DNA of 64,000 bases from Octopus vulgaris. Taxonomy: Eukaryota. Shown piece by piece: positions 12,456 through 26,273 of this stretch. Position numbers and translations under genes: made by a program. Every line of letters starts with the position of its first letter. The first letter of the stretch is position 1. The notes below the pieces were generated by a model. It worked only from the letters and a program-made list of their open reading frames with translations. It ran no database searches and had not been told where the DNA came from. Where the stretch lies: the NCBI GenBank assembly GCA_951406725.2, contig OX597830.1, positions 13,950,001 through 14,014,000 of the forward strand, given 5' to 3'.

Positions 12456-14120
12456 GGATGCTGAATGGTTGTAAGAACTGAAACAAGCAGTAGTCTGTCC
12501 AAAACAGGCAGAACTAGTCATTTCATTTAGGGAAGTGAAGGAAATCACAAAAAATGGGCAACTGGAAGGCTCCGGGATTAGATGGATTTCAAGGCTACTA
12601 GATCCAAAGATTTGGTGAATGTCATGCATGAATAGCTGCAAAAATCAACACCTTATTAAATGCCAACCAAGTAATACCAGAATGGTTGACAATGTGTAGG
12701 ACAGTGCCGTGCTTGAAAAACATAGATATAGCATGTCCAGCTGACAACAAGGTATGCGATAAGGAAAAAAGAAAAGTCGATAGATATGACAGGTTAGCTT
12801 GGGAGGTTAAGCAGTTGTGGGCGATGTAAAAGGTGGTAGTGGTACCAATACGTGTCAGAGCCCTGGGAACACTGAGTAAAAATCTTGAGAAGTACATGGA
12901 ACAAATAGGGGCTGCAATAATGGTGGAGCACTTGCAGAAAACAACACTGCTTCGAACCGCTCGAATACTGTGGTTGGTGCTCGAAAATACGGTAGACAAT
13001 TACAGGCCGATATCCTGCTTGTCACTTACGTGGAAATTGACTGGAATGCTCGCAGAGTCAATGTACGAACATGTGGAAAAAAATGGAGTCCTGTCATGTG
13101 AGTAGAAGGGTTGCAAGCGTAAGTGCAGAGGTACCTAGGATCAACTCCTGATAGACGAAACTGTACTTAGAGACTGCAAGAGGAAGAAAGCTAACTTACC
13201 CAAGCCATGGATCAATTATTATAATGCGTACATGATCCCGCAATCTAGGGTTATGGAATGTACGAACCTATTTGGTATTGCATCGAATGTTGAGCGATTG
13301 CTTGGAAAAGTATGGCGAAGCGGAGGGTGGAACTGACAGCATGTGAAAGATGTTTAGGGACAGTAGAAATCGGGGATGGGGCATCTTCCAAGGGGACTGC
13401 CTGTCTCCACTGATCTTTGTACTGTGCCTGATACCACTAGCACTGATTCTGAAGAAAGCAAAGACTATGTGTGTATTCAAAAGCCGCCAACGAAAAAATC
13501 AACCTCTTGTCATTCATGGATAACCTCAAATTTTATGGTTAAGATGAATCCCAAGTCAGTTCCCTCGTTGATACGGTGTATACTTTCAGTTTTTATATCA
13601 GAATGGAGTTCGGGCTGAAAAAGTGTGTATTATTCTTGAAGAGAGGCAAAATGAAATGTATGGACGGGCGAGCGATACCGACGGGGTAGGTTATGAAGCA
13701 TATAGAAGAGACGGGCTATAAGTACTTGGGGATACTGGAAATGCATAAATTCATGGAGAAAGAATTGACAGAAAAATTTAAGGTGGAATACTTGCGCAGA
13801 CTGAGATTGATCCTTAAGTCGAAATTAAACGGTTGGAATAAGATTGAAGCTATCAACACCTCGAGAGGCGGTTTCACTCCTTAGATATGGAACAGGGGTA
13901 ATCACATGAACAGTAGACGAGCTAAACAGCTTAGCCAGAAAGGCAAGGAAGTTGTTGGCTAGATATGGGATACTGTACCCAAAAAGTGACACAGGTGGAC
14001 TGTATGTATCAAGAAAAAGAGGGGGAAGAGGACTGATTGGATGCGAACAGTGCGTTAGAGCAGAATAAAAAAACATAGTATGGTATGTAATAAATTCTAC
14101 AGAACCACAGATGATACGCA
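12456..14120 (+). pseudogene. Decayed and rearranged R4/Dong-clade LINE (RT plus misplaced RLE domain)
   Basis: [47 protein letters not shown] and RKRGGRGL motifs; RLE block IDIACPAD...[13 protein letters not shown] at about 12721-12985. Confidence 0.9.
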
Positions 14121-14124
14121 CGAT

Positions 14125-14700
14125 TTGACCCAGAAATATGAATATAGGACACCCAAAGGGATTCTTATTTCTTCTATGACCAGAGACAATTATAACAAAT
14201 TTTAAAATAAATACAATAAAGATATTGGGCCCTTAATGTTGGACTTTTCCCACACATATATTTGAGGGCCTCATGGATATTACCCCGCAAGCCTCGGAGG
14301 AAGAAAAGGAAGAGGGGTTAAGTTACTGAATTCTTTCATGGACACTCTTAATGTTGGATGTATAAATGTGCGCAACCTGAGGTTGACTTGGAAACAAGTC
14401 CGTTCCCTACATGACCTCAGGTCGCTCCGTTTGCGAAAGAGATCGTGTGGAAGGCCCGTGTGACAGGTATTGTGACAAGAACTTTCATCCCCAGCCTTGG
14501 TCTGGTGAAACTCTTAACCTTCCACCTAAAAAGGAAGATAAGGGTTGAGAAGGAGTGTCTGTCGCCGGATGTATACAAGAAAACATGCAAAATAGTTGCA
14601 AGAATGGTAAGGGTAAACATCCCCAATTAAGAATGTCCTGAAAGTCTTTCCAAAGATAGCAGTCCCAAAAAATGCATAAGGACGTGTGTCTGTATAGGCA
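14125..14700 (+). pseudogene. L1/Tx1-like LINE with most of ORF2 deleted
   Basis: APE-type start MDTLNVGCINVRNL (ATG at 14338) joined near 14430 to a C-terminal-like AKEIVWKAR...FHLKRKIRVE...VARMVRVN. Confidence 0.6.
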
Positions 14701-14735
14701 TTTATGCGTATCGCTCGCTATATTCGAGCAATATA

Positions 14736-15939
14736 TTGGGTTGGCAACTAAGTTCCTGCCGTTTTTCAAAATTTTGGAATCTATTTTTTTCTAGTTAATT
14801 TTAGTTAATTTTTGTATATTTTCAGATTATTAAAACGGAATGTCAAGTTTAAAAAAAACCCAGCATTTTTGACACCTCTTCCATTTTGCTTTTAATCAAG
14901 ACCGCAAAAGCTGCTCACAACATTTGTGCTGTGTATGGAGAGGGTGACATAGCTGAAAGAACCGCTCGTGATTGGTATGCCAAGTTCAAAAATGGAAATT
15001 TTGACCTCAATGACGCACCTCGTTCTGGCCGTCCAGTTGAGTTCGATGTAGAGCGATTAAACCAACTTTTGCACGAAAATTCTCGTCAAACGGCAAGAGA
15101 ACTGGCAGAAAAAATGGAATACTCCGACACTGCTATAGAGAAGCATCTTCATTCGATGTGATGGGTTCAGAAGTATGGAGCATGGGTTCTGCATGCTTTA
15201 AGTGACAGCAACAAAAATCAACGAGCCACACCCTCCGCTGGTTTGCTTGCTCGTCACCGCTCAACTCATGGACACAAGCAACGATTTCTTTACCGAATCA
15301 TTACTGGCGACGAAAAATGGTGCCTGTACATCAATTTGAAGCAGCGTAAGGAATGGCTTAGCCCCGGTAAACAAGCGACACCGCGCGTGAAAGAAGATCT
15401 TCATCCACGTAAAGCGATGTTGTGCGTATGGTGGGACTGGGAAGGGATTATCTATTACGAATTGCTTGAATGGAACCAAACGGTCAACGCGGAACATTAT
15501 GTTCAACAGATGGAACGACTCAACAGGGCTATTCAATAGAAAAGACCTAATCGGCGGTATGGAGTTCTTCTGCTGTACGACAACGCCCTCCCGCATATCG
15601 CCGATATGACCAAGGAAACCATTCAAACGCATCGCTGCCATACCCGCCGTACTCTCCTGATTTGGCACCAACGGATTTCCACCTCTTTCGATCTCTTTCA
15701 AATGCTATGTGCTGAGTTTCGTTTAATACTGATGCAGAATTGAGAGATTGGCTGGATTTATTATTCGAGTCAAAATCGGGTGATTTCTGACAACGAGGTA
15801 TTGAAAATCTTGTTGAACGTTGGGAAGAAGTTGTAAACAACAAGGGTGAATATATTATTGATTAATTAGTTGTTTATTTTTTAAACCTTTTAAAAAATTT
15901 AAATTCAAAATAACAGCAGGAACTTAGTTGCCAACCCAA
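14736..15939 (+). mobile_element. Full-length mariner transposon (about 1.2 kb), transposase inactivated
   Basis: TIRs TTGGGTTGGCAACTAAGTTCCTGC, TA TSDs (14734-35, 15940-41); motifs DAPRSGRP, WVLHAL, TGDEKW, DNA, YSPDLAPTD; internal stops and a frameshifting deletion. Confidence 0.97.
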
Positions 15940-16704
15940 TACAATAAATAGTTTCTCTTGAGGTTCCCAATTCGAAATAGCTTGTTATCATGAATTGCTC
16001 AAGGAGTAAACACTTCTTAGTACAAAAAGACATTTCTTATGCTCTTATTTACTATGAAATTGTTGACCAATGAAATCCTAGCATTGAGAAGGTTTGAAAC
16101 TGCTTTAACTTCAGTCTCACATTCAGATGAATATTAGTAGGGTGTTGTTGAAAATTGAAGCGCAGAGTGATAACTTTATAAAACCGAGTCTGAAGGAATA
16201 TCAACATATTGAACTGATATCGTATAACGAGATGATATTACAGAGAATTATGTTTTAATCTCATCAATTCTATGCATCTTGGTTTTATGAATATACTTTA
16301 TTGCTTCACAACTTTTTTTGTTAAGGCTTTCATTCACACAAATCACACAAATTATTACACTATATGTTACTATGAAAAGAGGAACAGTTTCCTGACATGC
16401 GATAGATAATGTAATACTAGACACACTGATAATAAGTTGAGATGGTCGCAGCTAGAATGCATTTGATCGTAGTTCTTTACGAACACGAATGAACAAGGTC
16501 TAAATAGCAAACAACAATATTCCCTAATTTTTTTTTTATAATGGAATAACAAATAGAAGGTGTCAAGATATATTTATGTTTGTGCATTGGTTATATGAAT
16601 TCAAATGGATAACATGTATATATGATATTCGTATAAATGCTTGTGTCATAAAATTAAGAGATTTCTGTATAACAAATCTGCTATTTCAGATTACAAAAAA
16701 TATT

Positions 16705-16910
16705 GATCTCAAATTTTGACACAAGGAAAGCAAATTACGGGGAAGAGTTGATTAAATCGACCCTAATGTACACCTTGTGATTATTTTATCGATCCCGAAA
16801 TAATGAAAGGCAAAATCGACCCCGGCGGGATTTGAACTCATAATGCAAAGATGGACGAAATGCTGCTTAGCATTTTCCCCGGCGTGTTAACGATTCTGCC
16901 AGCTCACAAC
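16705..16910 (-). mobile_element. SINE family B, degenerate
   Basis: Reverse-complement core and head. Confidence 0.8.
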
Positions 16911-17087
16911 CTTATATTACACAAATATTGCAAGTACTTTACAATGATATTCGATATTTTGAAGTTGTTACTATACTTTTCACCAGATATAACTCATGCT
17001 CAGAAATGTAACAACAACAACAACAAAAACAAAACAAAACAAACAAAAAAAAGCTAAGTGGCTGCTCGATTACTTCAAGTATTAACC

Positions 17088-17592
17088 ATCTATCTATCTA
17101 TCCGCTCAGTCGAAGTCGACTCTCGGTTACTCGTTGGATCAGTGTCCTCCAGTCAGTTCTATCCTGAGCCGCTTCTTTCAGATTGGCTATGTCCATTCCA
17201 GTATCCCTCTTGATGGTGTCAAACCAGCGGGTTTTGGTCGGCCTCTTCCTCTCTTGCCACTGACCATTCCGAGCATGATGTCCTTCTCCACGGATTTTCT
17301 CTGCATAATATGACCGAAATATGCCAATCTATGCTTGGTGATCCTAGCTTCTAGCGACATTTTCGGCCTGATCTGCTTAAGAACTTCTCAATTGGTGAGC
17401 CTCGCTGTCCATGGAATCCGTAAAAGTCTTCTCCAACACTAAAGCTCGAATGCATTAATTCTCTTCTGGTCAGCTTTCTTTAGTGTCCAGGTCTCGCATT
17501 CATATGTTGCTATTATGAAGACAATTGCATTCACCAATCTGCATTTGGTAGTGAATCTGATGTCTCTACTCTTCCATATCTCCCTCAAATCC
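17088..17592 (-). mobile_element. 5'-truncated RTE (BovB-like) LINE 3' end
   Basis: YECETWTLKKAD..RINAFEL*CWRRLLRIPWTAR, YFGHIMQR and GKRGRGRP motifs; (GATA)n tail. Confidence 0.93.
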
Positions 17593-17708
17593 TGAAAATA
17601 TGGCAGCTGGACGGTCGTTTGATCAGAGTTGGCCACTGTCAATCGGGCACAACCTACACCAGTGGCAGCGAAATATTTCTAATAGCACTATCCACAATAA
17701 CTCTACGA

Positions 17709-18090
<382 letters not shown>

Positions 18091-18540
18091 TGACAACTAT
18101 TATTTATTACTACAACAAAAATTACCAACTACACAGCAAAAAAAAGAAAACCTTCATCGTTGCGACTGAATGTAATGTGAAATGTAAACAAGGAAAGTAC
18201 AATAACAGGAAAGGTAGCATTACCGTCGTCGTCATTATTTTCATCATCATCATCATCATCATCATCATGGTCATAAGTCATGGTTATAAGCTATAACCAC
18301 CACCACCACCACCACCACCACCACCACCACCACCACCACCACCACCACCATCATCATCATCAACATCATCATCAACATGATTACACTAATGTAATTAAAT
18401 ACCGACTGAAAACGAAAGTATAGCTAGGTGAATATATATTTCTTCTAAAGATGCTCTCATCTCATCATCATACTGTTCCATTTTAGCGAAATATGGCAGC
18501 ACTATTACGGTTTAGTTTAAAAGACACACATATCACCCAC

Positions 18541-18575
<35 letters not shown>

Positions 18576-19037
18576 CGCTAAATGATCTCCATACATACAC
18601 ACACGGACACACTGATACACACACGCACACACCTAAGAAATGATCGATATACATTGAGGATATGATCAAGATACATACACTAAATGATATACAAAAACGG
18701 AAATGCTGGAATTTACATGGAAACACAATTAAGATGAAGTTTTTTGTAATTATACTCCTTCTTTCCAATGAAAACAAAACATTTGGCTGCTTGTTTCAAT
18801 TTCTTCTACTTTATTTGTATATAAATGAGAAAGTGTCTTACGCACATACACGCATATATCCCAGCATATAAATGTATTGTACATATATGAATATACACAT
18901 GTATATATATATATCTATATATATATATACACGCATATAAAATAAATATATGTATATTTTTATATAGCTACACATATTTATATACACAACTGTGTTCATA
19001 CAAACAAAACATTTCGTGTCTATGTGTGCACATGTGC

Positions 19038-19117
<80 letters not shown>

Positions 19118-19324
19118 ATACATAATCTAAAATTGCAAACTAGATTAAAAGTACTGAAGACAGTAGAAAACAAGGAGATACGTACGTGACAGTATACGTG
19201 TATGTGTTTGTGCGTGAGTGTTAGGTGTATACATTGGTACATGCATAATTTAAGGCACTGAATATATATTAGTATACACACAGACATATGCTCATGTTTT
19301 TAAATGTAACTGTGTGTAGGTAAT

Positions 19325-19364
<40 letters not shown>

Positions 19365-19366
19365 AT

Positions 19367-19480
<114 letters not shown>

Positions 19481-19931
19481 ATATATATATATATATATGT
19501 ATATATTTATATGTAGGAGCGTGATACATACCACTTTACATATATGCGCACAATTACAGATGTTTTATACTTGAATATTAGTTTGTGTACACTCGCCATC
19601 ATATGTGTGTGTATGTATGTTTGTGTGAGTGTGTATATATTTATGTTCAAGTGCATGTATAGGTATTTCTATGATTCAAGCATTCATGTGTTGATGAGAG
19701 TGTTGGTATGTGTGCGAACATGATGGATATCAATGTATATATGTGTACATACGTACGCTTGTACGTATGTATGTACGTATGTATGATATATATATATGTA
19801 TATATGTATGTATATATACATATACATATATATTTATATACATATACATATATATATATATATATATATGTATGTGTATGTATGATATGTATAAGCATAA
19901 TATTTATATGTGTATAATATATATATATGCA

Positions 19932-19962
<31 letters not shown>

Positions 19963-20992
19963 CGTGTGTGTGTGTGTGTAGAAATATGTATATATATGAA
20001 TGAATACATGAATCTACATGTTGAAAATGTGGTTGTGACTTTTTTTACTGAAACGATTAATTATATGCTACTGTTAATGTGTTCATATACTAGGGTACTA
20101 CAAGTCTATTAATACAGATTTGAAATATGTAGAAATTGTTTGTATGAACGTATAAACACGCACACACACACATGCATATACCTACATACACATACGTATA
20201 TAAGTAATAACGTATACGCATACATCTGTGCCGTGCCTGTGTATTAAGACATAAATATGTATACATATAAAAGTAAATATCTATGTATGTATTCCGTTAA
20301 TGTTATTTATCTGTATGTTTGTACGCCTAAATTTTAGTCAACATCTCTGAAAGTGTAGAATAGAGTGTAGGGGAGGCGGTGCACATATATTCCTTGTTAC
20401 AAGAAAATATATGTAGATATACGTATGCGTGCACGTATATATATATTTATGTATGTATTTATTTGTGTGTAATAAAATACGTATATGTGACTGAAACAAG
20501 AAAACAAACAACAAAAATAAGCGTGAACATTCTATTTCTAATGATTTTTAACATTTTCAAACGTTTTTTTTTTCTTCTTGCTTACATACTTAGTTTAGTG
20601 TATATCTAAAATTGCGTTAACGAGCCACGAGAATTCTCCATTTTTTTTTCTTTCTGAAAGGTTTATCTTTTCTCTTTTTGTGGGTACAGATCAAAACAGG
20701 GCTTTGGTTCACCTATATCCAGCTAATTACTAATGTTCGTTTTATGCTGAACTTGCTCAACTGAAAGGATGTTTTTTTTATAAATTCATCTTTGTGGGGC
20801 AAATACCAAAATAGTTTATTGTTAATGTGAAATGGCTGCAAGTGGGAGGTGGTCTGCATTTATATTGATAGGATCAAGAAGAATTTTCAATCTTAATCAA
20901 ATGAGACTTCTTTATATATCAGTGATACTTAATTTCAATTCACATCAACCTAGAAAACATAACTTGAACCCACGTTTGTGCGTTTGTGTGTT

Positions 20993-21034
<42 letters not shown>

Positions 21035-21085
21035 TGGGTGTGTTTGTGACTGTGTATAGGTGAATGTATACATATTCACACGCAC

Positions 21086-21129
<44 letters not shown>

Positions 21130-21287
21130 GTACAAACATATATATATATATATATATATACGTATCTTTCTTTTACCATTTATATTTGTATTTACTTCTG
21201 GCGTGTGTTTCTATCTATCTATCTGTCTGTGCGTCTGTCGGTCTCTTTCTCTCTGTATGTATATAAATATATATATATATACGTTTG

Positions 21288-21462
<175 letters not shown>

Positions 21463-21910
21463 GCACACGTACAAGTATTTATTTGTGCTCACCGTGACTT
21501 GTTAATAAGTAATTGCAAGACACCCCTCCGTATAAAGTTTTCCACAATGAACAACGTGTGTTACAGTTTGAACAGAGATGTATACTTTACCAATTAATGA
21601 GAAATATTATCCAACAATCCTAATTTTGAAAGAAAAGTAAGCTTTGATTTACAAAGTAGCTGAACATTTTCTTTCGCGCTTCTCGTTAGAGACAACCTTC
21701 CAATGTTATTCTGTATTATTGTCAGTGAATATAACGCTCACTATAAAACGCATTCCTACGAATTTCTTTATAAACTCCTTCTGTGATTTACTTATTTCAA
21801 TTAAACCATTCTGCTGTTTCTTACAAAATCGATTCTACGAAATAATCTTTGAAGGCACATTGTTGTTGGTGTCGTTGTTGTTTGTTGTTGTTGTTGTTGT
21901 TGTTGTTATA

Positions 21911-21976
<66 letters not shown>

Positions 21977-21977
21977 G

Positions 21978-22190
21978 GATCGGCGAGCTGGCAGAATCGT
22001 TAGCACGCTGGACCAAATGCTTGGCGGTATTTCGCACGCTGCTACATTCTGATTTCAAATTCCACCGAGGTCGACTTTTTCTTTCATCCTTTCGGTATCG
22101 ATAAATTAAGTACCATTGAAATTCTGGGGTCACTGGAATCGATTAGTCCCGTACCCTAAAATTTTAGGCCTTGTACCTATAAAAGAAAGG
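21978..22190 (+). mobile_element. SINE family B within (TTA)n
   Basis: Head, core and the second tail type. Confidence 0.9.
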
Positions 22191-22410
22191 ATTATTATTA
22201 TTATTATTCTATGTTTGACTTTTGCTTTATGTTTGTACAAGTTGGCTCCAAGTCTCACCCAGAGACCTCAAGAGACAATAGGTTGGAAGTTCACGTTGTT
22301 GTTATGCCTAGTGTGCCATATATTTGGGGTTTTTTGGTGTTGTACTAGTGAATATCTAATAAATAAATTTAAAAAATATCATCATCATTATTATTATTAT
22401 TATTATTATT

Positions 22411-22953
22411 CAGTAGTTTTATTTTTATTTTCATAGCGTGCTTTCACTTCACTACCGAGCGCAGCTCTGTGTGCCTTGGGTATGTGCTGTGATTTGTTGT
22501 GATGCTCTGATGGTTATTGTATGGAAAGTGTTCTGCGTAGGATGTGTGCAGTGCCTAGTAGTGCAATTTTCTGTACGTTCCGAGTTTGAAAGTTCGACTC
22601 AGTCGTCTTTGCCTTTCACCCTTTCAGGTCGCTGAAATAAGTACCAACTGAGAATAGGTCTCTCCGATAAAATTCCAGGCATTCTAGTGCTTAAAGTAGG
22701 AAAGGCTATTGTTATTAAGGTAAACTATCATTTATAAATGAGATCCATGTTCTCTATATAAGTGCCGGTATATAGATAGCCAGATAACCGAAGAGATGAT
22801 GTTGTGGATTTCCACCTCGGCATCCGAAACTCAGAGTTTTATCTTGGCCATTGAATAATTGTCAAATATTATTTTACAGATAAATTTCCTCATTTACATA
22901 ATATTGAGGTATTTTTCTTTCTTTTCTGTTATCTTACCGTTTTTACCAATATA

Positions 22954-23002
<49 letters not shown>

Positions 23003-23051
23003 TGATGATAATAATAACAATAATAATAACACTACTACTACTACTACTACA

Positions 23052-23109
<58 letters not shown>

Positions 23110-23330
23110 ATAATAAGAGATAATATGATTTATTGTTTCTTGTCCATCTCCACATATTCTGCAGTTACTTGTAATATTTCTTTTCATTACATGTTTTTGG
23201 TAATTTCTGGTGGGGAGGCTTTGGTCTTGTGCTGCAATTAAAAATCCCTCTGTTTCTGCTTTGAGTCCTGAGCTTCTCAACCATTGCTGGGATTTTTCTT
23301 TGTCTATTTCTTTTGCGTTTAGTTTAGTCC

Positions 23331-23335
<5 letters not shown>
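22411..23335 (-). pseudogene. 5'-truncated Dong/R4 LINE in (AAT)n, RLE core replaced by a local duplication
   Basis: 23335-23115: WLRSSGLKAETEGFLIAAQDQSLPTRNY...CRICG...ETINHIIS; 22575-22515: QKIALLGTAHILRRTLSIQ* followed by 3' UTR. Confidence 0.9.
22779..22848 (+). ncRNA. Type I hammerhead ribozyme motif (U4C core), Penelope-like
   Basis: Stem I AGATAA/TTATCT (+GCC/GGC), core CCGAAGA, stem II GATG/CATC, GAAA, palindromic stem III ACTC-A-GAGT, UU site. Confidence 0.75.
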
Positions 23336-23369
<34 letters not shown>

Positions 23370-23673
23370 ATTATTATTATTATTATTATTATTATTATCA
23401 TCATCGGAGCGGTGAGCTAGCACAATCGTTAGCACTTTGGACAAAATGCTGAGTTGCATTTCGTCCTCATTTACGTTCCGAGTTTGAAAGTTCGACTCAG
23501 TCGTCTTTGCCTTTCACCCTTTCAGGTCGCTGAAATAAGAACCAACTGAGAATCAGGGTCTCTCCGATAAAATTCCAGGCTTTGTGCTTAAAGTAGGAAA
23601 GGCTATTGTTATTAAGGTAAACTATCATTTATAAATGAGATCCATGTTCTCTATATAAGTGCGTATATAGATA

Positions 23674-23743
23674 GCCAGATAACCGAAGAGATGATGTTAT
23701 GGATTTCCACCTCGGCATCCGAAACTCAGAGTTTTATCTTGGC
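23674..23743 (+). ncRNA. Duplicate of the hammerhead motif at 22779
   Basis: Same stems and core. Confidence 0.75.
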
Positions 23744-23842
23744 CATTGAATAATTGTCAAATATTATTTTACAGATAAATTTCCTCTATTTACATAATAT
23801 TGAGGTCTTTTTCTTTCTTTTGTTATCTTACCGTTTTTACCA

Positions 23843-23903
<61 letters not shown>

Positions 23904-23933
23904 TGATGATGATAATAATAACAATAATAATAA

Positions 23934-24045
<112 letters not shown>

Positions 24046-24481
24046 AGTATGAGTGTATGTGTATATTATGCTTGTATATCAACGAAAGGTTCTGAAACGT
24101 TGCATCATCGAGCAACTGTGATTTGCTTTGGGAAATCTGCGTCCCAAAGAGAAGGTTTTCGTTGAATGGTAATCAAAAAATATAATTTGATACGAGATAT
24201 AACTCAACTTTCTGATCGCCAAATCCTCTACTCTTTATCTTTCTATCTCTGCCTCTCCGTTTTTTAGGCTTTTCTCCTTTTTCACTTTGTATACTTACCA
24301 CACTTGATCTCAGCCTTTTTCTGTCTATGTATACCTCTCACTCATCTACTCACTAACCTCCTCCCTCTTCATATGATATGTAATTGCTTTCGTTTTGTTT
24401 AAAACCTCATCGTTGTAAGGATTTTGTTTTAATTTTTAAATAGCAGTTTCTGTACGCTACTGTCCATCTTTCAAATACTAG

Positions 24482-24692
24482 GAAGGTTTACGAAAATATA
24501 CAAAAGACGAAGGCAGGTTTACGAAAATAAACAAAGGACGAAGGCAGGTGGAGTACAAACAAATAATGTATTAGTATGGCGCTCAGGAATTGAAATAAAA
24601 CAAGTCTTTTACGTTTCGAGCCTACATTCTTCGACGGAAAGATACACAGAAAAGAAACAAGGAGAGAAAAAAATTGCGTGTAGGGGCTAACG
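24482..24692 (-). mobile_element. Family D short Penelope-like repeat with decayed hammerhead-like motif (24606-24641)
   Basis: Homologous to 40557, 45680 and 47619; 31-nt tandem duplication at one end. Confidence 0.7.
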
Positions 24693-25077
24693 TGCTTTCT
24701 GATTGGGTAAAGATTGTCAAATTTTTAATATCTATAACATTTTTCTAGAATTTTTCGGGAATAAATGAATCGCAAAATCAGATTCACCGTATTTTTCTCT
24801 AAGTATACTGACACAGGTATGGAATAGTATTTTGGTTAAGTATGGTGTAACCATCAAATAAAGATGTGATTTTCTCCATTCTTAATTTTGTTATATACTC
24901 CGGAATTCTTGAAACTCTACTGAGCAATATTTGGATTTACTTATCATACATGAGGAATTTCCTTGGATATTAATTCTGTTTTTGAATTCACTGGTATCTG
25001 ATTGTGTGATAGAGTAAACCAATTTCGCTTGGAGTGATTTCTATATATCTGCTACGATTTTTTAAATACTTTTACTT

Positions 25078-25139
<62 letters not shown>

Positions 25140-25216
25140 ATGCTTGTGTATGTGCAATGTGTGTGGATAGGCATATTTTCTTACATATTTGTTTCACTTT
25201 GTACTGAATTAAATAC

Positions 25217-25449
25217 CTAATACTGCTCGGTATTAGGGCCGTCTGATCAGCAACCGGCGGCTTCGAGGTCGTTCTGTCCCTGCGTCTGTGGAGACTCCGC
25301 GGCAAACAGGGCGTCCCGTCACTCGGGATATGCATGCGGGATGTTGGGGACCGCTTGTGAATTTAATATTCCCACGAAACCTCTTCTATGAGAGAAGAAG
25401 CCGGCTCAACCCGCCCTGGGTGAACGCCGTCACAAGTACAAGTAAGTAA
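25217..25449 (+). mobile_element. GC-rich retroposed insert with LINE-type tail and 11-bp TSD
   Basis: TSD GAATTAAATAC at 25206-25216 and 25450-25460; tail ACAAGTACAAGTAAGTAA. Confidence 0.85.
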
Positions 25450-25592
25450 GAATTAAATACAATGACATAAGAACAAAGAACAGAAAAGACAGTATTTAGC
25501 TGTTACCTATATATCACTCCACAAACGTTGGTACGGATCAGTGCTTTGTATGAATAGTTTGTTAGAAATGATAATATAATAAGAGAAGAGAA

Positions 25593-25810
25593 GGCGGCGA
25601 GCTGGCAGAATCGTTCGTAACGCTGCGAAAAAAGGCCTAGCGGCATTTCGTCTGTCTTTGCGGTCTGAGTTCAAATTCCGCCGATGTTATCTTTGCCTTT
25701 CATCCCTGTGGGAGTCGATAAACCAAGTATCAGTTGAACACCGAGGTCGATGTAATCGACTCGCTTCCTTCCTCGAACTTTCTGGCCTCGTGCCAAAATC
25801 TGAAACGAAT
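25593..25810 (+). mobile_element. SINE family B
   Basis: GGCGGCGAGCTGGCAGAATCG head and core. Confidence 0.85.
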
Positions 25811-25891
25811 ATAACGAAGAAGTAAAAGTAGGATGTATGAAAACCCCCGCCTTTAAGAAAAACACGCAGAAAAAACAATCCGTACATCATA

Positions 25892-26273
25892 GAAGCACTC
25901 CGTCGGTTACGACGATGAGGGTTCCGGTTGATCCGATCAACAGAACAGCCTGCTCGTGAAATTAACGTGTAAGTGGCTGAGCACTCCACAGACACGTGTA
26001 CCCTTAACGTAGTTCTCGGGGATATTGAGCGTGACACAGAGAGTGACAAGGCCGGCCCTTTGAAATACAGGTACAACAGAAACAGGAAGTAAGAGTGAGA
26101 GAAAGTTGTGGTGAAAGAGTACAGCAGGGATCACCACCATCCCCTGCCGGAGCCTCGTGGAGCATTAGTTGTTTTCGCTCAATAAACACTCACAACGCCC
26201 GGTCTGGGAATCGAAACCGCGATCCTACGACCGCGAGTCCGCTGCCCTAACCACTGGGCCATTGCGCATCCAC
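25892..26273 (-). mobile_element. tRNA-derived SINE family C with 12-bp TSD
   Basis: TSD CCGTACATCATA at 25880-25891 and 26274-26285; A box TGGCCCAGTGG, B box GTTTCGATTCC. Confidence 0.95.

Noticed and set aside
24700-25070. Possible Penelope coding remnant next to the family D copy
   Set aside because: No motif could be read with confidence
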